From: Candidatus Babeliales bacterium
Lineage (GTDB): Bacteria; Babelota; Babeliae; Babelales; Vermiphilaceae
Direction: 5' to 3'
DNA: 64,000 nt
Assembly: GCA_963743635.1 (NCBI GenBank)
Contig: CAVUQO010000003.1
Location: 160,001-224,000, forward strand
A program made the translations under genes and the position numbers. Below, one piece after another: positions 51,438 through 61,674 of this stretch. Within the stretch, counting starts at the first letter, position 1. Each line of letters opens with the position of its first letter. The notes beneath the pieces were generated by a model. The model was not told the DNA's origin. It made no database searches and saw only the letters and a list, made by a program, of their open reading frames with translations.

Positions 51438-51536
51438 TATGTGTTCTCCTTTTATATGAAGATTATACAATATTTCTTATTTATCACTGTACTGGAATTG
51501 GGCAACAGAATGCAATAGTTCTCATGTTTTTATATG

Positions 51537-51567
51537 AAAACAGGCAGCCAGAGAGGCTGCCTGTTTT
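51537..51567. terminator. Terminator
   Basis: AAAACAGGCAGCC-agaga-GGCTGCCTGTTTT. Confidence 0.85.
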
Positions 51568-51595
51568 GCAAATTACATGTCTATTGAGTGAGCTT

Positions 51596-53347
51596 TTAGA
51601 AAGAACCCCCAATTTTAAACCATAAGAGCCAGCGAGTCATTGCGCTGTTATCTTTGGAGAATTCATATGATCCGCCGCCGCCGATGAATAGTGGATATTC
51701 TCTATCATCCCAACGGTTGCCCATGCTTGCATAAATGATATAGGTCTCAAAAGCAGGGTGTGCTGCTGAATTCATATCAAGATCTGCATCAGTGATGGTA
51801 TTTTGATTGTAGGCATCAAACGGGCTTTGTTGAGCAGGAGCGGTGTCAGCCGGGTTTTGGCCAAAGAGCTGTATATCATCGCATCCGATAGTATTATTAA
51901 TCGTTTGCACGGTGTTGATTTGGCCTGCGTGTATGAGAGATTTCAATGCGATGCCGCTTGGGAATTCACATTGCAATTCTACACATTCTGCAGGGCGTGC
52001 ACAGAAACTGTAACCAAGTTCTCCTTGGAACCCTTCATTATTGAAGATGAAGGCAGTTTGGTAGGTGCGTGAAACGCCCGGAGAAACCTTAACATCTTGC
52101 GTGAACACGTTTATACCAGGAGTATGAAGGAAACGGTTACCGGTAGTATACGCTTGGTATGCTTGTTCAGGGCTGTTATACACTTGCATGTAACGGCTCC
52201 ATGGCTTATTCTTCAAGTCGAATGAACGGGTTTGATGGTTATCAAGATGGAAGAAGAATTCACTTTGGAAATCAAACCACATGCAGCGATTCTTAGTGCG
52301 GTGTCTCCACACTTCAGCGCCAAATTGGCTTCCTGAGCGGATTGCAGTGTGTCGGTTGAAACCAACAATTGGTTCAAACATTAAGATACCATTTGGTCTA
52401 TTGCCCGTTGGTGCAAGTACACCAAGGTAAGAGCGCATATAGCAATGGCCAGTATTGAGAATATCATAACCGAGTAAGAGATCGATATCAGCAATGCCAG
52501 TCTTTCTATTATGACTGCTGCTGTTATCGATGCGCCCAAACATCCATGCGGGTTGCTGGAATGCTTCGCACATGTTTGCGACTGGAGAGTATGGAATATC
52601 GTTAGGGCCAACAGCGCTTTGCAGTGGGCATTCAAGAACAGTAGTAGTTGATGGGGCTGTTGCCGGAACAAGAGACGCACATTCAAGTGGACCATTGCCA
52701 TTTTGCAGCACGGTTTCACCAAGGTGCATTGAGGTTTTCACTTCTTCTAGAGGGAATGACATTTCAAAGAAGAATCCACGGCCATCATCACGGCGCGCAA
52801 ATCCTTGGCGGTATGAGAAGCCAAGACCAGCAGCATGTCTGCGGGGTTCAAAAGAGATTTGGCTTTGGAAGCATTCACTATTCACAGCAGGTCTGAATCT
52901 GGTTTGACCACGAACTGGTCCAGGTGTAGGTGTAATAACGCTGGGATTACATTCTTGGGTATAGATATTGAACTGTTGTGCGAGGATATCGCATGGTTGA
53001 TTAATGTCTTCAGCTACAAATAATACAGGTTTAAAGTCGATTGAGAAATATCCTGCTAAATCAGTGTCGCGTGTTGATTGTCCGCCGAACGGCACGAGCT
53101 GGAAGGTTCCACCACGTCCATCTTTACGTGCATAGGTGCGGTCACCTCGCCATAGAGTAGTTCGTTCTGGTAAGCCCGCCTGAAATTCTGGGTTTACCGT
53201 AAAAAATGAATGACTGGTTGTTTTACGTCTACACGGATCGGTGGGGCAAAGTGGTTTGCTGGGTCCACAACTTGCACAGTCCGCGTCTATTTTCCCGAAC
53301 ATCGCTGTCAGTAACAGCGTAACGAGTATCTTTTTGTTCATCACCAT
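51596..53347 (-). CDS. Putative outer-membrane beta-barrel-like protein, Cys-rich loops
   Basis: Signal peptide; alternating strands; ends WLLWFKIGGSF; paralog of 20531-22222. Confidence 0.7.
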   Translation of the reverse strand: MVMNKKILVTLLLTAMFGKIDADCASCGPSKPLCPTDPCRRKTTSHSFFTVNPEFQAGLPERTTLWRGDRTYARKDGRGGTFQLVPFGGQSTRDTDLAGYFSIDFKPVLFVAEDINQPCDILAQQFNIYTQECNPSVITPTPGPVRGQTRFRPAVNSECFQSQISFEPRRHAAGLGFSYRQGFARRDDGRGFFFEMSFPLEEVKTSMHLGETVLQNGNGPLECASLVPATAPSTTTVLECPLQSAVGPNDIPYSPVANMCEAFQQPAWMFGRIDNSSSHNRKTGIADIDLLLGYDILNTGHCYMRSYLGVLAPTGNRPNGILMFEPIVGFNRHTAIRSGSQFGAEVWRHRTKNRCMWFDFQSEFFFHLDNHQTRSFDLKNKPWSRYMQVYNSPEQAYQAYTTGNRFLHTPGINVFTQDVKVSPGVSRTYQTAFIFNNEGFQGELGYSFCARPAECVELQCEFPSGIALKSLIHAGQINTVQTINNTIGCDDIQLFGQNPADTAPAQQSPFDAYNQNTITDADLDMNSAAHPAFETYIIYASMGNRWDDREYPLFIGGGGSYEFSKDNSAMTRWLLWFKIGGSF

Positions 53348-53551
53348 AACTCCTTTTATTGGGTTAATGAAACTTATTCTCTCTCTCTTTAGCATGTTTT
53401 AATCATGACGTCAAAGATGGATGCCTTTTATTCTTATGCAGAGGATAGGCCATTGTCAATATTTTAGTTTATAATATTTTAAAGGGGGCATAAAATTGAT
53501 AAAAATCTGTGGTATACTTTTTAGGTGAATGCCCATATTAAAAGGAAATAT

Positions 53552-54805
53552 ATGATACCGCGCGTTAAAGGCACCCAAGATTTTCTCGACCTCACTTTAT
53601 ATAATTATAGTATCGAGACGGCTAAAAAATATTTGGCGTTGAATCACTTCACTCAGATCGCCACCCCCATCATTGAGTATACGAATCTCTTTCAACGGAC
53701 GCTTGGCGAGCAGACTGATGTGGTCAGTAAGGAAATGTTTATCTTGGAATCCCGAGATTCGGAAGATCCATCGTTATGTTTGCGCCCTGAGGTTACTGCG
53801 CCCACGGTCAGAGCATTTATAGAAAATCATATTCAGACTGTGCCGTGGAAAGTTTTTTCTCATGGCCCCATGTTTCGTTATGAGCGACCCCAGAAAGGAC
53901 GCTATCGACAATTTCATCAGCTCGATATTGAAATCATTGGATCATCCTCGGTCTGCCAAGACGTACATTTAATTACGTTGCTTGATCGATTATTTCATGA
54001 AGGATTCAAGCTTAATAATTATGCCTTGGTAATTAATTTCTTAGGAACGCGCGAGGATCGTGCGCGTTATCGTGAAAAGCTCGGAGCATTTTTAGCTACC
54101 ATTGCAGATCAACTTTGCAAGACGTGCAATGAGCGCCGTGAAAAAAATATGATGCGCATTTTTGATTGTAAGAATGAAGCATGCCAAGCATTATATGATA
54201 AAGCTCCCTTCGTTACCGATCATCTTTCAGACGCATCGCGCGCTGAATGGCAGCAAATTCAAGAGCAACTTGCTGCGCTTTCTATTTCTTTCTCGCATAA
54301 TCCAAAATTAGTCCGCGGTTTGGATTATTATAATAAGACGGTGTTTGAATTCATGAGCGGCAATCTCGGAGCGCAAAATACCTTTTGCGGCGGCGGTCGC
54401 TATGACCATTTAGCACTCGAACTTGGCGCTAAAGAAGACCTTCCTTCAATTGGCGCAGCCATAGGCATTGAGCGTCTTTTATTATTACTCGAACCGATAC
54501 GAGAATTACTCGCAATTCCTGCGCTGCCGGTGCTGCACGTGGTAATGCCATATTCTGAAAAACAAAATACGCTCGCACTCTTAATTACTGATACTTTGCT
54601 TGCAGCGGGCTTAAGCACAGAATTATTGCTTGAAGGCGATTCAATGAAAAGTATGATGCGCAAAGCAAATAAGCTCGGCGCTCGCTACTGTATTATTATT
54701 GGTGATGATGAGCAGGCTGCGCACGAAGTTACCATAAAAAATATGATGACTGGTGAGGATCTACGCGTTGCACAACGTGATATGGTTGCGACGCTGAGAA
54801 GGTAA
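53552..54805 (+). CDS. hisS: Histidine--tRNA ligase
   Basis: KGTQDF, LRPEVTA, FRYERPQKGRYRQFHQ, LVRGLDYY, GGGRYD. Confidence 0.99.
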   Translation: MIPRVKGTQDFLDLTLYNYSIETAKKYLALNHFTQIATPIIEYTNLFQRTLGEQTDVVSKEMFILESRDSEDPSLCLRPEVTAPTVRAFIENHIQTVPWKVFSHGPMFRYERPQKGRYRQFHQLDIEIIGSSSVCQDVHLITLLDRLFHEGFKLNNYALVINFLGTREDRARYREKLGAFLATIADQLCKTCNERREKNMMRIFDCKNEACQALYDKAPFVTDHLSDASRAEWQQIQEQLAALSISFSHNPKLVRGLDYYNKTVFEFMSGNLGAQNTFCGGGRYDHLALELGAKEDLPSIGAAIGIERLLLLLEPIRELLAIPALPVLHVVMPYSEKQNTLALLITDTLLAAGLSTELLLEGDSMKSMMRKANKLGARYCIIIGDDEQAAHEVTIKNMMTGEDLRVAQRDMVATLRR

Positions 54806-54812
54806 GGTTCGT

Positions 54813-55217
54813 TTACGCCACAACGTAGGATTTCGGCACGCTCAGCTTCGGATTCAGCGCGAGCATCGGTTGCGCAGCGCATTGAATCCTTTCAAAATCT
54901 TTCTGTTCTAAGTCAAGCACGTGCAATGTGAGGAGTACTTCTTCAAATTGTTTAAAAATTGCCTGGGTATCTTTCATTGTTTTGAATTTTTCTTTTTGCT
55001 TGCGGATATAATCAAGCGCGATACCACTTAAATAAAAACGTTCGCGTGCTGCATACGTGGTATCGAGCCAGGTGTATGTTTTTTGCAATTGTTTGAGCGT
55101 GATGCGTAGCTTTTCTTGTGCAGGGTTGATTGCTTCGTAGATAGTATCAGCTGAAAAAAATTGATTGCAGTTGACTGATGTATAGGTGAGGAGCGCGAGG
55201 CATATTAATTTTTTCAT
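54813..55217 (-). CDS. Exported hypothetical protein
   Basis: AAGGA RBS; MKKLICLALL signal-like N-terminus. Confidence 0.7.
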   Translation of the reverse strand: MKKLICLALLTYTSVNCNQFFSADTIYEAINPAQEKLRITLKQLQKTYTWLDTTYAARERFYLSGIALDYIRKQKEKFKTMKDTQAIFKQFEEVLLTLHVLDLEQKDFERIQCAAQPMLALNPKLSVPKSYVVA

Positions 55218-55346
55218 AGTGATTCCTTTTTTAATAAATGGTGATTAAGGGTAGATATATCATGAATGATATTCGATTGTGAAGGGATTATGAGCGAATT
55301 GTGAAATTCAAATAACTAAAGACGGCACTATTATTGTATTCCGTGA

Positions 55347-55726
55347 CCCTTCGCCACAATTTTTATTTTTATCCTTCGGACAAAAATAAAAATCACTCAG
55401 GGCGAACGGAACAGGGTGTGTGAAACAAATTTAAACTTTAGGTTCCTAAGATAATCCCAATTTAGTACCCCCGTAACGAAGAACCAAAAATCTCTCGATC
55501 GTCTTTGCGACGACGAAATACGACATCCGCTGTAAAGCGGTGTTGTATGAGGACGATCAGTGACTTACATTTAGTCCGCATTGATTAAAATTGTTAGATT
55601 TTCAGGGTTCTCTAAATTTGGTTAACAGAGTCTAGTAAAAACTTTTTTGTTAATCCTATTCTCCCGTTCGCCCTGAGTGATTTTTATTTTTGTCCGAAGG
55701 ATAAAAATAAAAATTGTGGCGAAGGG
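55347..55726. mobile_element. Perfect 63-bp inverted REP-like arms around a 254-bp structured spacer
   Basis: 55347-55409 is the exact reverse complement of 55664-55726. Confidence 0.85.
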
Positions 55727-55742
55727 CAACTTAAAGTGCGTA

Positions 55743-56774
55743 TTACCGAGCAATGCCACCAGGCATTGTTTGGAGTTGTTGAATATTTTTTTCAACCGCG
55801 CGTAACGATTTTTCTGCTGCTTGCAAGCGCAGTTTAAGGAGCGCGGTGTGTTGTTCTGCTTTATGTGCATGCGCTTCAAGGTTTTGTATTATTTTTTCGG
55901 TTTCATCGAGCCGATTGCGATTGAATTTGTTTGAAACGGTATTGAAGGTATCGACGCATTGCGCAAGATTAGCGGCTTCAGCATCTTTTTGGTTGGTCTT
56001 CTGTTCTCCTTGGCTTAACGTTTCATTAAATTTGGCGAGCGAGGCCGGAAATGTTTCTACGCGCGCATGCGATGCATTAAGTTGCTCTTGGCGTTCTTGG
56101 TTGAGTGCAGCAAGAGTGGCACGCTGTTCTGCAAGTGTACGGTTCATTTCATTTTTGATTTCTTGCGTTTGTAGTGCAACGCGTTCAAGCATATTTTCTG
56201 CATCATGGGCATATGCGATCAGCGATTGAAGGGATTCTTGCGCAATTAAATCGACCTGAGCATTGCGTTTTGTTTCTCGTGTATCAAAAAGCTTGCCTTT
56301 TCTCAATGCCGACTCAAAACGTGCTTGATAGCGGTTGAGTTCTCTTGGGTTGTATGAAGCAATAGTTTGCAGGCTAAATTCCGCCTCATGGAGAAGATCG
56401 GAAATAGGTCGGGCAGTTTTGTATGTTGGCGCTGAAAGATCTTCTATGAGCGCGTTAAAATGACGTATTTCATCGCGATATGCTTGCTTATGATGTTTTT
56501 GCTCCAGGGCAAGATATTCGCGATCTAAGGCATCTTGTTTTTTATCAACTGCTTCTTGTGCTTTGCGCTTTCGTTCGAGTCTGCTTCTGGCGGTAACTTT
56601 TTTTGCATGAGCCACCCATCGCTGAGCCTGTGCTTGTTCGCATCGCTTTCGACGCTCAACTTTATCTTGTACTTCTAAAGTTCTTTTTTCTTTTTCTTTG
56701 TCCGTTTGTGCCGATGCATTTGGCATTTCCACGATACATAGACCAACTATGACAATAACGGTATATAGTTTCAT
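55743..56774 (-). CDS. Exported coiled-coil hypothetical protein
   Basis: GAGGGG RBS, signal ending ASA-Q, helical charged composition. Confidence 0.8.
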   Translation of the reverse strand: MKLYTVIVIVGLCIVEMPNASAQTDKEKEKRTLEVQDKVERRKRCEQAQAQRWVAHAKKVTARSRLERKRKAQEAVDKKQDALDREYLALEQKHHKQAYRDEIRHFNALIEDLSAPTYKTARPISDLLHEAEFSLQTIASYNPRELNRYQARFESALRKGKLFDTRETKRNAQVDLIAQESLQSLIAYAHDAENMLERVALQTQEIKNEMNRTLAEQRATLAALNQERQEQLNASHARVETFPASLAKFNETLSQGEQKTNQKDAEAANLAQCVDTFNTVSNKFNRNRLDETEKIIQNLEAHAHKAEQHTALLKLRLQAAEKSLRAVEKNIQQLQTMPGGIAR

Positions 56775-56923
56775 ACGTTCCCCTCTCTTTTTTGAGTCCC
56801 TTAATTCTGTCTATTATTATTTCATATTGTATTTTAAATATGCAATAATAATTGTTTTACGCGATTTATTGCGCGCATACTAAATACTTTATAGACCAGT
56901 AAGGTTTTTGGGAAATGCTTGTG

Positions 56924-57589
56924 CTATGCGCCAAATACGATGACGAGTTGATCCCTAAAAAGATAGAAGAAGAAGATTGCAAAAAGCACTCCATCAAAGC
57001 GATCGAGAAAGCCGCCGTGTCCCGGCAGTAGTGATCCTGCATCTTTTAATTTGGCGCGGCGTTTGAGCCACGATTCAAAAAGATCTCCCGCTAATGCAAT
57101 GACGCTCGTAATGAACGTTACACCCGCGATCGTGAGCCATGAGCTGTGCGGTTTGCCGTGGCAGAGTATTACAACGCCTATAGTTAGAAAGGCGGCAATA
57201 TATCCTCCAAAGAAACCTTCCCATGATTTGGCCGGGCTGATAGAGGGAGCAATTTTATGTTTGCCATAGGGCGCACCTATCATAAAAGATCCGCTATCAT
57301 GGCTCGACACCAAAACAAACATAAAGAAAAGGAGGTGGCGATAAGCCTCATCGTGACTGACGTTCAATGCAAAAAGTAGGGCAAATGGAAGGAGAGGATA
57401 AAAAGGAGTGATGAGCCAAAAGGGAAGTTTGTGTATATCGAAAAACTTTGGCCATTCAAGAAGCATGATAATGGTTAATATGCTCGCGAGAATGAGAGTA
57501 AATACTATGGGAGGCAAATATATGATGGAAATCCAGAAGACAATGCCGAGTACCGTACTTGTTATGCTTCGTTTCGTTAGTTCTTTCAT
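56924..57589 (-). CDS. cdsA: Phosphatidate cytidylyltransferase
   Basis: ISPAKSWEG, GDLFESWLKR...KD.G.LLPGHGGFLDRFD. Confidence 0.95.
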   Translation of the reverse strand: MKELTKRSITSTVLGIVFWISIIYLPPIVFTLILASILTIIMLLEWPKFFDIHKLPFWLITPFYPLLPFALLFALNVSHDEAYRHLLFFMFVLVSSHDSGSFMIGAPYGKHKIAPSISPAKSWEGFFGGYIAAFLTIGVVILCHGKPHSSWLTIAGVTFITSVIALAGDLFESWLKRRAKLKDAGSLLPGHGGFLDRFDGVLFAIFFFYLFRDQLVIVFGA

Positions 57590-57593
57590 CGAA

Positions 57594-57956
57594 TTATTCC
57601 TCTTGTGTAAACGCATTCGGTATGTAGGTGAGTGTTTGGTATGGAGGGATCCCAATCAGGAGCGCTGCATCGAAGCGCCAAACATAGTCTATCAAATCGT
57701 ATTCTGCTACATACGCCATTGCAGTTGCAATAATTTTTCGTTGTTGCGCGTGAGATATTAGATTTTCTGGTTCGATATAGGTGCCGCTGCGTGTTTTTAC
57801 TTCAACAAATACAATCTCGTTATCTTTTTCTGCTATCAAATCGATTTCGCCATACGGCTTTCTGTAATTGCGGCCACGGATCACATAACCTTCTTTTTCA
57901 AGATTGCATGCGACCAGATTTTCTCCTTCAGTGCCGAAGATTTTTTTTACAGTCAT
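57594..57956 (-). CDS. yraN: YraN family protein
   Basis: G.EGE, RNYR...GEIDLIA...FVEVKTR, RFD. Confidence 0.92.
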   Translation of the reverse strand: MTVKKIFGTEGENLVACNLEKEGYVIRGRNYRKPYGEIDLIAEKDNEIVFVEVKTRSGTYIEPENLISHAQQRKIIATAMAYVAEYDLIDYVWRFDAALLIGIPPYQTLTYIPNAFTQEE

Positions 57957-57960
57957 GCTC

Positions 57961-58968
57961 TTAGAATCGATCGACATTTTTTTTCTTTGGTTGCTTGGTA
58001 ATCTCAGCCTGCGCAAGTCTTGTTTTTTGATAATCAGGGAACCGTTCAGCCAAGTCTTTGCGCCTTAGTTCAAGGAGCGGCATATCTTTTACCTGCTGAG
58101 CGAGCTCAATTTCAAGAGTGATCAAGTATGGATCGCAGGTAGGAATGAGATCGATAAATTCCTTACGAATATTGGTGAGTCGGGTACGCGCTGATTTATA
58201 CCGTCCGCGACTGCAGTAAAAATTGAATATGCCGATTTCATTTTCAAATAATCGCTGATAACACTGCTCGCGCATATGGCGAACTTCTTTTGAGTGAGTG
58301 CTGAAAATTTCTTCTCGTTCAAGGAACTTACTCGCAAGTTCGATCGCTTCGCGTGTATTACTTTGATCTCGTTCGGCATCAAGAATAATGTAGAATTTGC
58401 AGACTACTGCCTTATACAGTGCATATTCAACTTTTTCGTTGCCTGGGTAATATTTCACAAATTCACGATACATTTTGCCGGCGGCTTCTAATTTGCCGTC
58501 ATCAAAAAGTAAGTCGGCAAGCTCGAGGAGAATGCCCTTTAATTTCTCAAGATCGGTACAGATAGGCACCATGCGCTCTAAGGTTCTGATTGCATTATAA
58601 CGATCGTTCGATGCGAGGCATTTTTCTTTGAAGGCATTCAGCTCAGCATAGTTCATGTTGCGCAGAGTTTTCTTTTGATTCTTTGGATCGAACCATTTAT
58701 CTATTTTGGTGCGTAAGCGCCCCTTTTTTTTCTGAGGCTTGAGATTGGCCTTCTCTGATTCAGGCTGCGTTGTTTCCTCAGCTTTGGTCACCTTGAGCGC
58801 CCGGGCGGTGCTGGTTTTGAAGGAATCGAGCGTTGCATCAAGCGGGTTCTGCTGTTGAGCCCCCCCGGTCGAGATGCTATAGCTATCAAGATTTGCATTA
58901 GAAAGGAATGTTGTAGTTACGGCAATGATGATGGTACAATACCAAAAGTGCCACCGGTTTTGTTTCAT
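57961..58968 (-). CDS. bamD: Outer membrane protein assembly factor BamD-like TPR protein
   Basis: YREFVKYYPGNEKVEYALY, ERDQSNTREA, E..I..FY...G.Y.SA..R. Confidence 0.85.
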   Translation of the reverse strand: MKQNRWHFWYCTIIIAVTTTFLSNANLDSYSISTGGAQQQNPLDATLDSFKTSTARALKVTKAEETTQPESEKANLKPQKKKGRLRTKIDKWFDPKNQKKTLRNMNYAELNAFKEKCLASNDRYNAIRTLERMVPICTDLEKLKGILLELADLLFDDGKLEAAGKMYREFVKYYPGNEKVEYALYKAVVCKFYIILDAERDQSNTREAIELASKFLEREEIFSTHSKEVRHMREQCYQRLFENEIGIFNFYCSRGRYKSARTRLTNIRKEFIDLIPTCDPYLITLEIELAQQVKDMPLLELRRKDLAERFPDYQKTRLAQAEITKQPKKKNVDRF

Positions 58969-59153
58969 ATCGTACCCTATGAGTTATCCAAAAAGGTATT
59001 AAAAATCGTATCTTTTTCTTTTTTTAGACTACTATAATTCGGAAGAAAAGCAACGTGAGGCAGGCGGGTACGGTTGCCGAGAGCCTCTGAAGATGTAATA
59101 CTAAAGTGCAATAAGTCGATAACCAAGCTATCAAGCGGATGTGGGGTATCATA

Positions 59154-60859
59154 ATGAGAAAAAATATTCTTGAATTAATCCTGGAGTCAGGAGCGGTAAA
59201 CACGCAGCAGATGGCTGAATGCCAGAAGGCAGTGGAGGGGACAAGTCAACGGATTCAAGACTGTCTTATTGAGAAGAAATTCATGACCCCTGAGGCGCTT
59301 GCGCAGATTTATGCCAAATATGCCTCTCTTGATTATATAACCCACGTTACCGACCAAATGGCAGATTTAGCTGTTTTGGCGCGTGTTCCTATGTCCTTTT
59401 TGCGTGAAAACGTGGTCATGCCCGTTACCATCAATGGCCAAACGCATATTCTGACAGCCAATCCACTCAATTTTCAACCCATAGATGATTTGAATCTGTT
59501 GCTCGGCGGGGGCATTCGCCCCGTAGTTGCAACACCCAAGGCCATTCTTGATGGTATCAATAAATATTATCCGCTTGAAGGCGCCAAGCAGATGATCGAA
59601 GAGCTAGAGGAGGAACAGGAAGGGCTTGGTGACGTTGAACTCGCAGACATTGAAGAGCGAGACATAGTGGCCATGGCCGCCGAGGCTCCGATTATCAAAC
59701 TCGTGAATCATATCCTGTATCAGGCAGCAAAACGAGAAGCTTCAGATATCCATATAGAGCCGTTTGAGAAAGAAGTGGCGTGCGATATCGAATTGATGGC
59801 GTTATGTATAGTGTTATGAATCCGCCCAAACGAATTCAAGGTGCCTTGATTTCACGTATAAAAATTATGGCCCATATGAATATTGCTGAAAAACGGATTC
59901 CGCAAGATGGTCGTATCGATTTACGTATTGCAGATAAAGCGATCGATATTCGTGTATCAATGCTGCCTGTTGCTTTTGGAGAACGGATTGTAATGCGTCT
60001 TTTAGATAAATCACGCACATTTGGTCAAATCGATCAAATGGGATTCAGTGAACGAGATCTTCGGGTATTAAAAGAAAGTATCGCACGGCCCAACGGAATT
60101 ATTTACGTAACGGGTCCAACCGGTTCGGGTAAAACCACTACGCTTTATTCGATTCTTGGAAAATTAAATACCCCGGACGTAAATATCATTACCGTTGAAG
60201 ATCCGGTTGAATATCAGATGGCAGGTATCGGACAAGTACAAGTGAGCGATAAAATTGGCTTGACGTTTGCTGCTGCGCTGCGTTCTATTTTGCGTCAAGA
60301 TCCTGATATTATCATGATCGGTGAAACTCGTGATCAGGAAACCGCCCAAATTGCGATTCAAGCATCACTTACTGGTCACTTTGTACTCAGTACTTTGCAT
60401 ACTAATAGTGCGGCAGCTACCATTACTCGATTGCTTGATATGGGCGTTGAGCCATATCTTATTGCATCATCGGTAGTTCTCGTGATGGCGCAGCGGTTGG
60501 TGCGTAAACTATGTGATAATTGCAAAAAGCCTTATAAGCCTTCTGTAGATGTTTTGCGCAGTATCGGATTAAGTGAAAAAGATGCTCAAGGTATTACTTT
60601 TTATGAGCCTGTAGGTTGCGAAGAATGTCTGCGTATGGGATATAAAGGTCGCCTCGCAGTTTATGAATTGATGCAGATGACCACTGAAATTGCAAAATTG
60701 ACCATAGAACGTGCTGATACCGCGCGTCTGCGTAATCAAGCAGTTGCCGATGGCATGACGCTTTTAATTCAAGATGGTTTACGCAAGATTAAAGAAGGTC
60801 TTACTACTATCGATGAAGTGCTCTCCGTTGCATCAATGGAAATTGGTGAAGTCGAGTAG
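59154..60859 (+). CDS. GspE/PilB-family secretion/pilus assembly ATPase (apparent frameshift ~59777)
   Basis: ASDIHIEP / [28 protein letters not shown], CxxC zinc motifs. Confidence 0.93.
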
Positions 60860-60862
60860 AGG

Positions 60863-61552
60863 CTAGCTGTTATTATTGTTGTTGCTTTCGGAAGAAATCC
60901 TTTTCTTGCACCAATTCATTTTGTGATCAGTAAGGTAATATTTATCGGAGTATTTCTTTCCGCACTGCGGGCATGCGAATTTTTTATCAAGGTAACGCGT
61001 GTGAGATGCATGAGTGATATGGCGATGAAAAGACCTTTTTATTTCATACTTTTGATTGCATCCTTCAATGGGTGCCCAATAGCTTTTGCCATTAACGATA
61101 GTTGGTTCGGCTCGATTTTCCTTGATTTGGCCTTGCATTGCTAGAGTTGCCGCGATTGGAGTAATGAGGGGGTGCGTGGCTGGCGCAACTGCAGGGTATT
61201 TTGTTGTAGGGGTATTATGCACAGCGTTATCTTGGTTCAAAAGATAGCGAGGTATGAGTGAATCTATGTCTACTGGAGGCCAAGATTTTTTTACAATTAC
61301 CTCCTTTAGCGTTCCGTCGTCCGATGATATGAAGTGTATGTAATCATTCCGATAAGTTACGCACGGATTATTCAACTCGCGGTGATCCTCAATCTGTTTA
61401 TATTGTTTATATGTGTTGTCGTTTTCCTCTATCTTCTCATTTTCAAAAAAATCTTCAGACAAGAATCGTTGGTAAAAATCATCATCATTTTGCATAGCAT
61501 AACCAGTTGCGCAATTGAGTAAGATTGTGATTGCTGCGATTAAGTATTTCAC
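60863..61552 (-). CDS. Exported C2H2-type zinc-finger protein
   Basis: GTG start; signal GYA-MQN; degenerate finger (APIEGC...H...H) and FACPQCGKKYSDKYYLTDH. Confidence 0.75.
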   Translation of the reverse strand: MKYLIAAITILLNCATGYAMQNDDDFYQRFLSEDFFENEKIEENDNTYKQYKQIEDHRELNNPCVTYRNDYIHFISSDDGTLKEVIVKKSWPPVDIDSLIPRYLLNQDNAVHNTPTTKYPAVAPATHPLITPIAATLAMQGQIKENRAEPTIVNGKSYWAPIEGCNQKYEIKRSFHRHITHASHTRYLDKKFACPQCGKKYSDKYYLTDHKMNWCKKRISSESNNNNNS

Positions 61553-61674
61553 GCATGGCCCTTTAGAATACGTATTTTGAGACATACATTATCTCATAAG
61601 AGAATGTAACATCTATCGATTTATTGCAATAAAGGATCTAAGATTTCGTAATCTTGATGATCGCATTAGGTACT

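Noticed and set aside
55495..55565. Hammerhead ribozyme in the spacer
   Set aside because: GAAA and stems are present but no CUGANGA core on either strand
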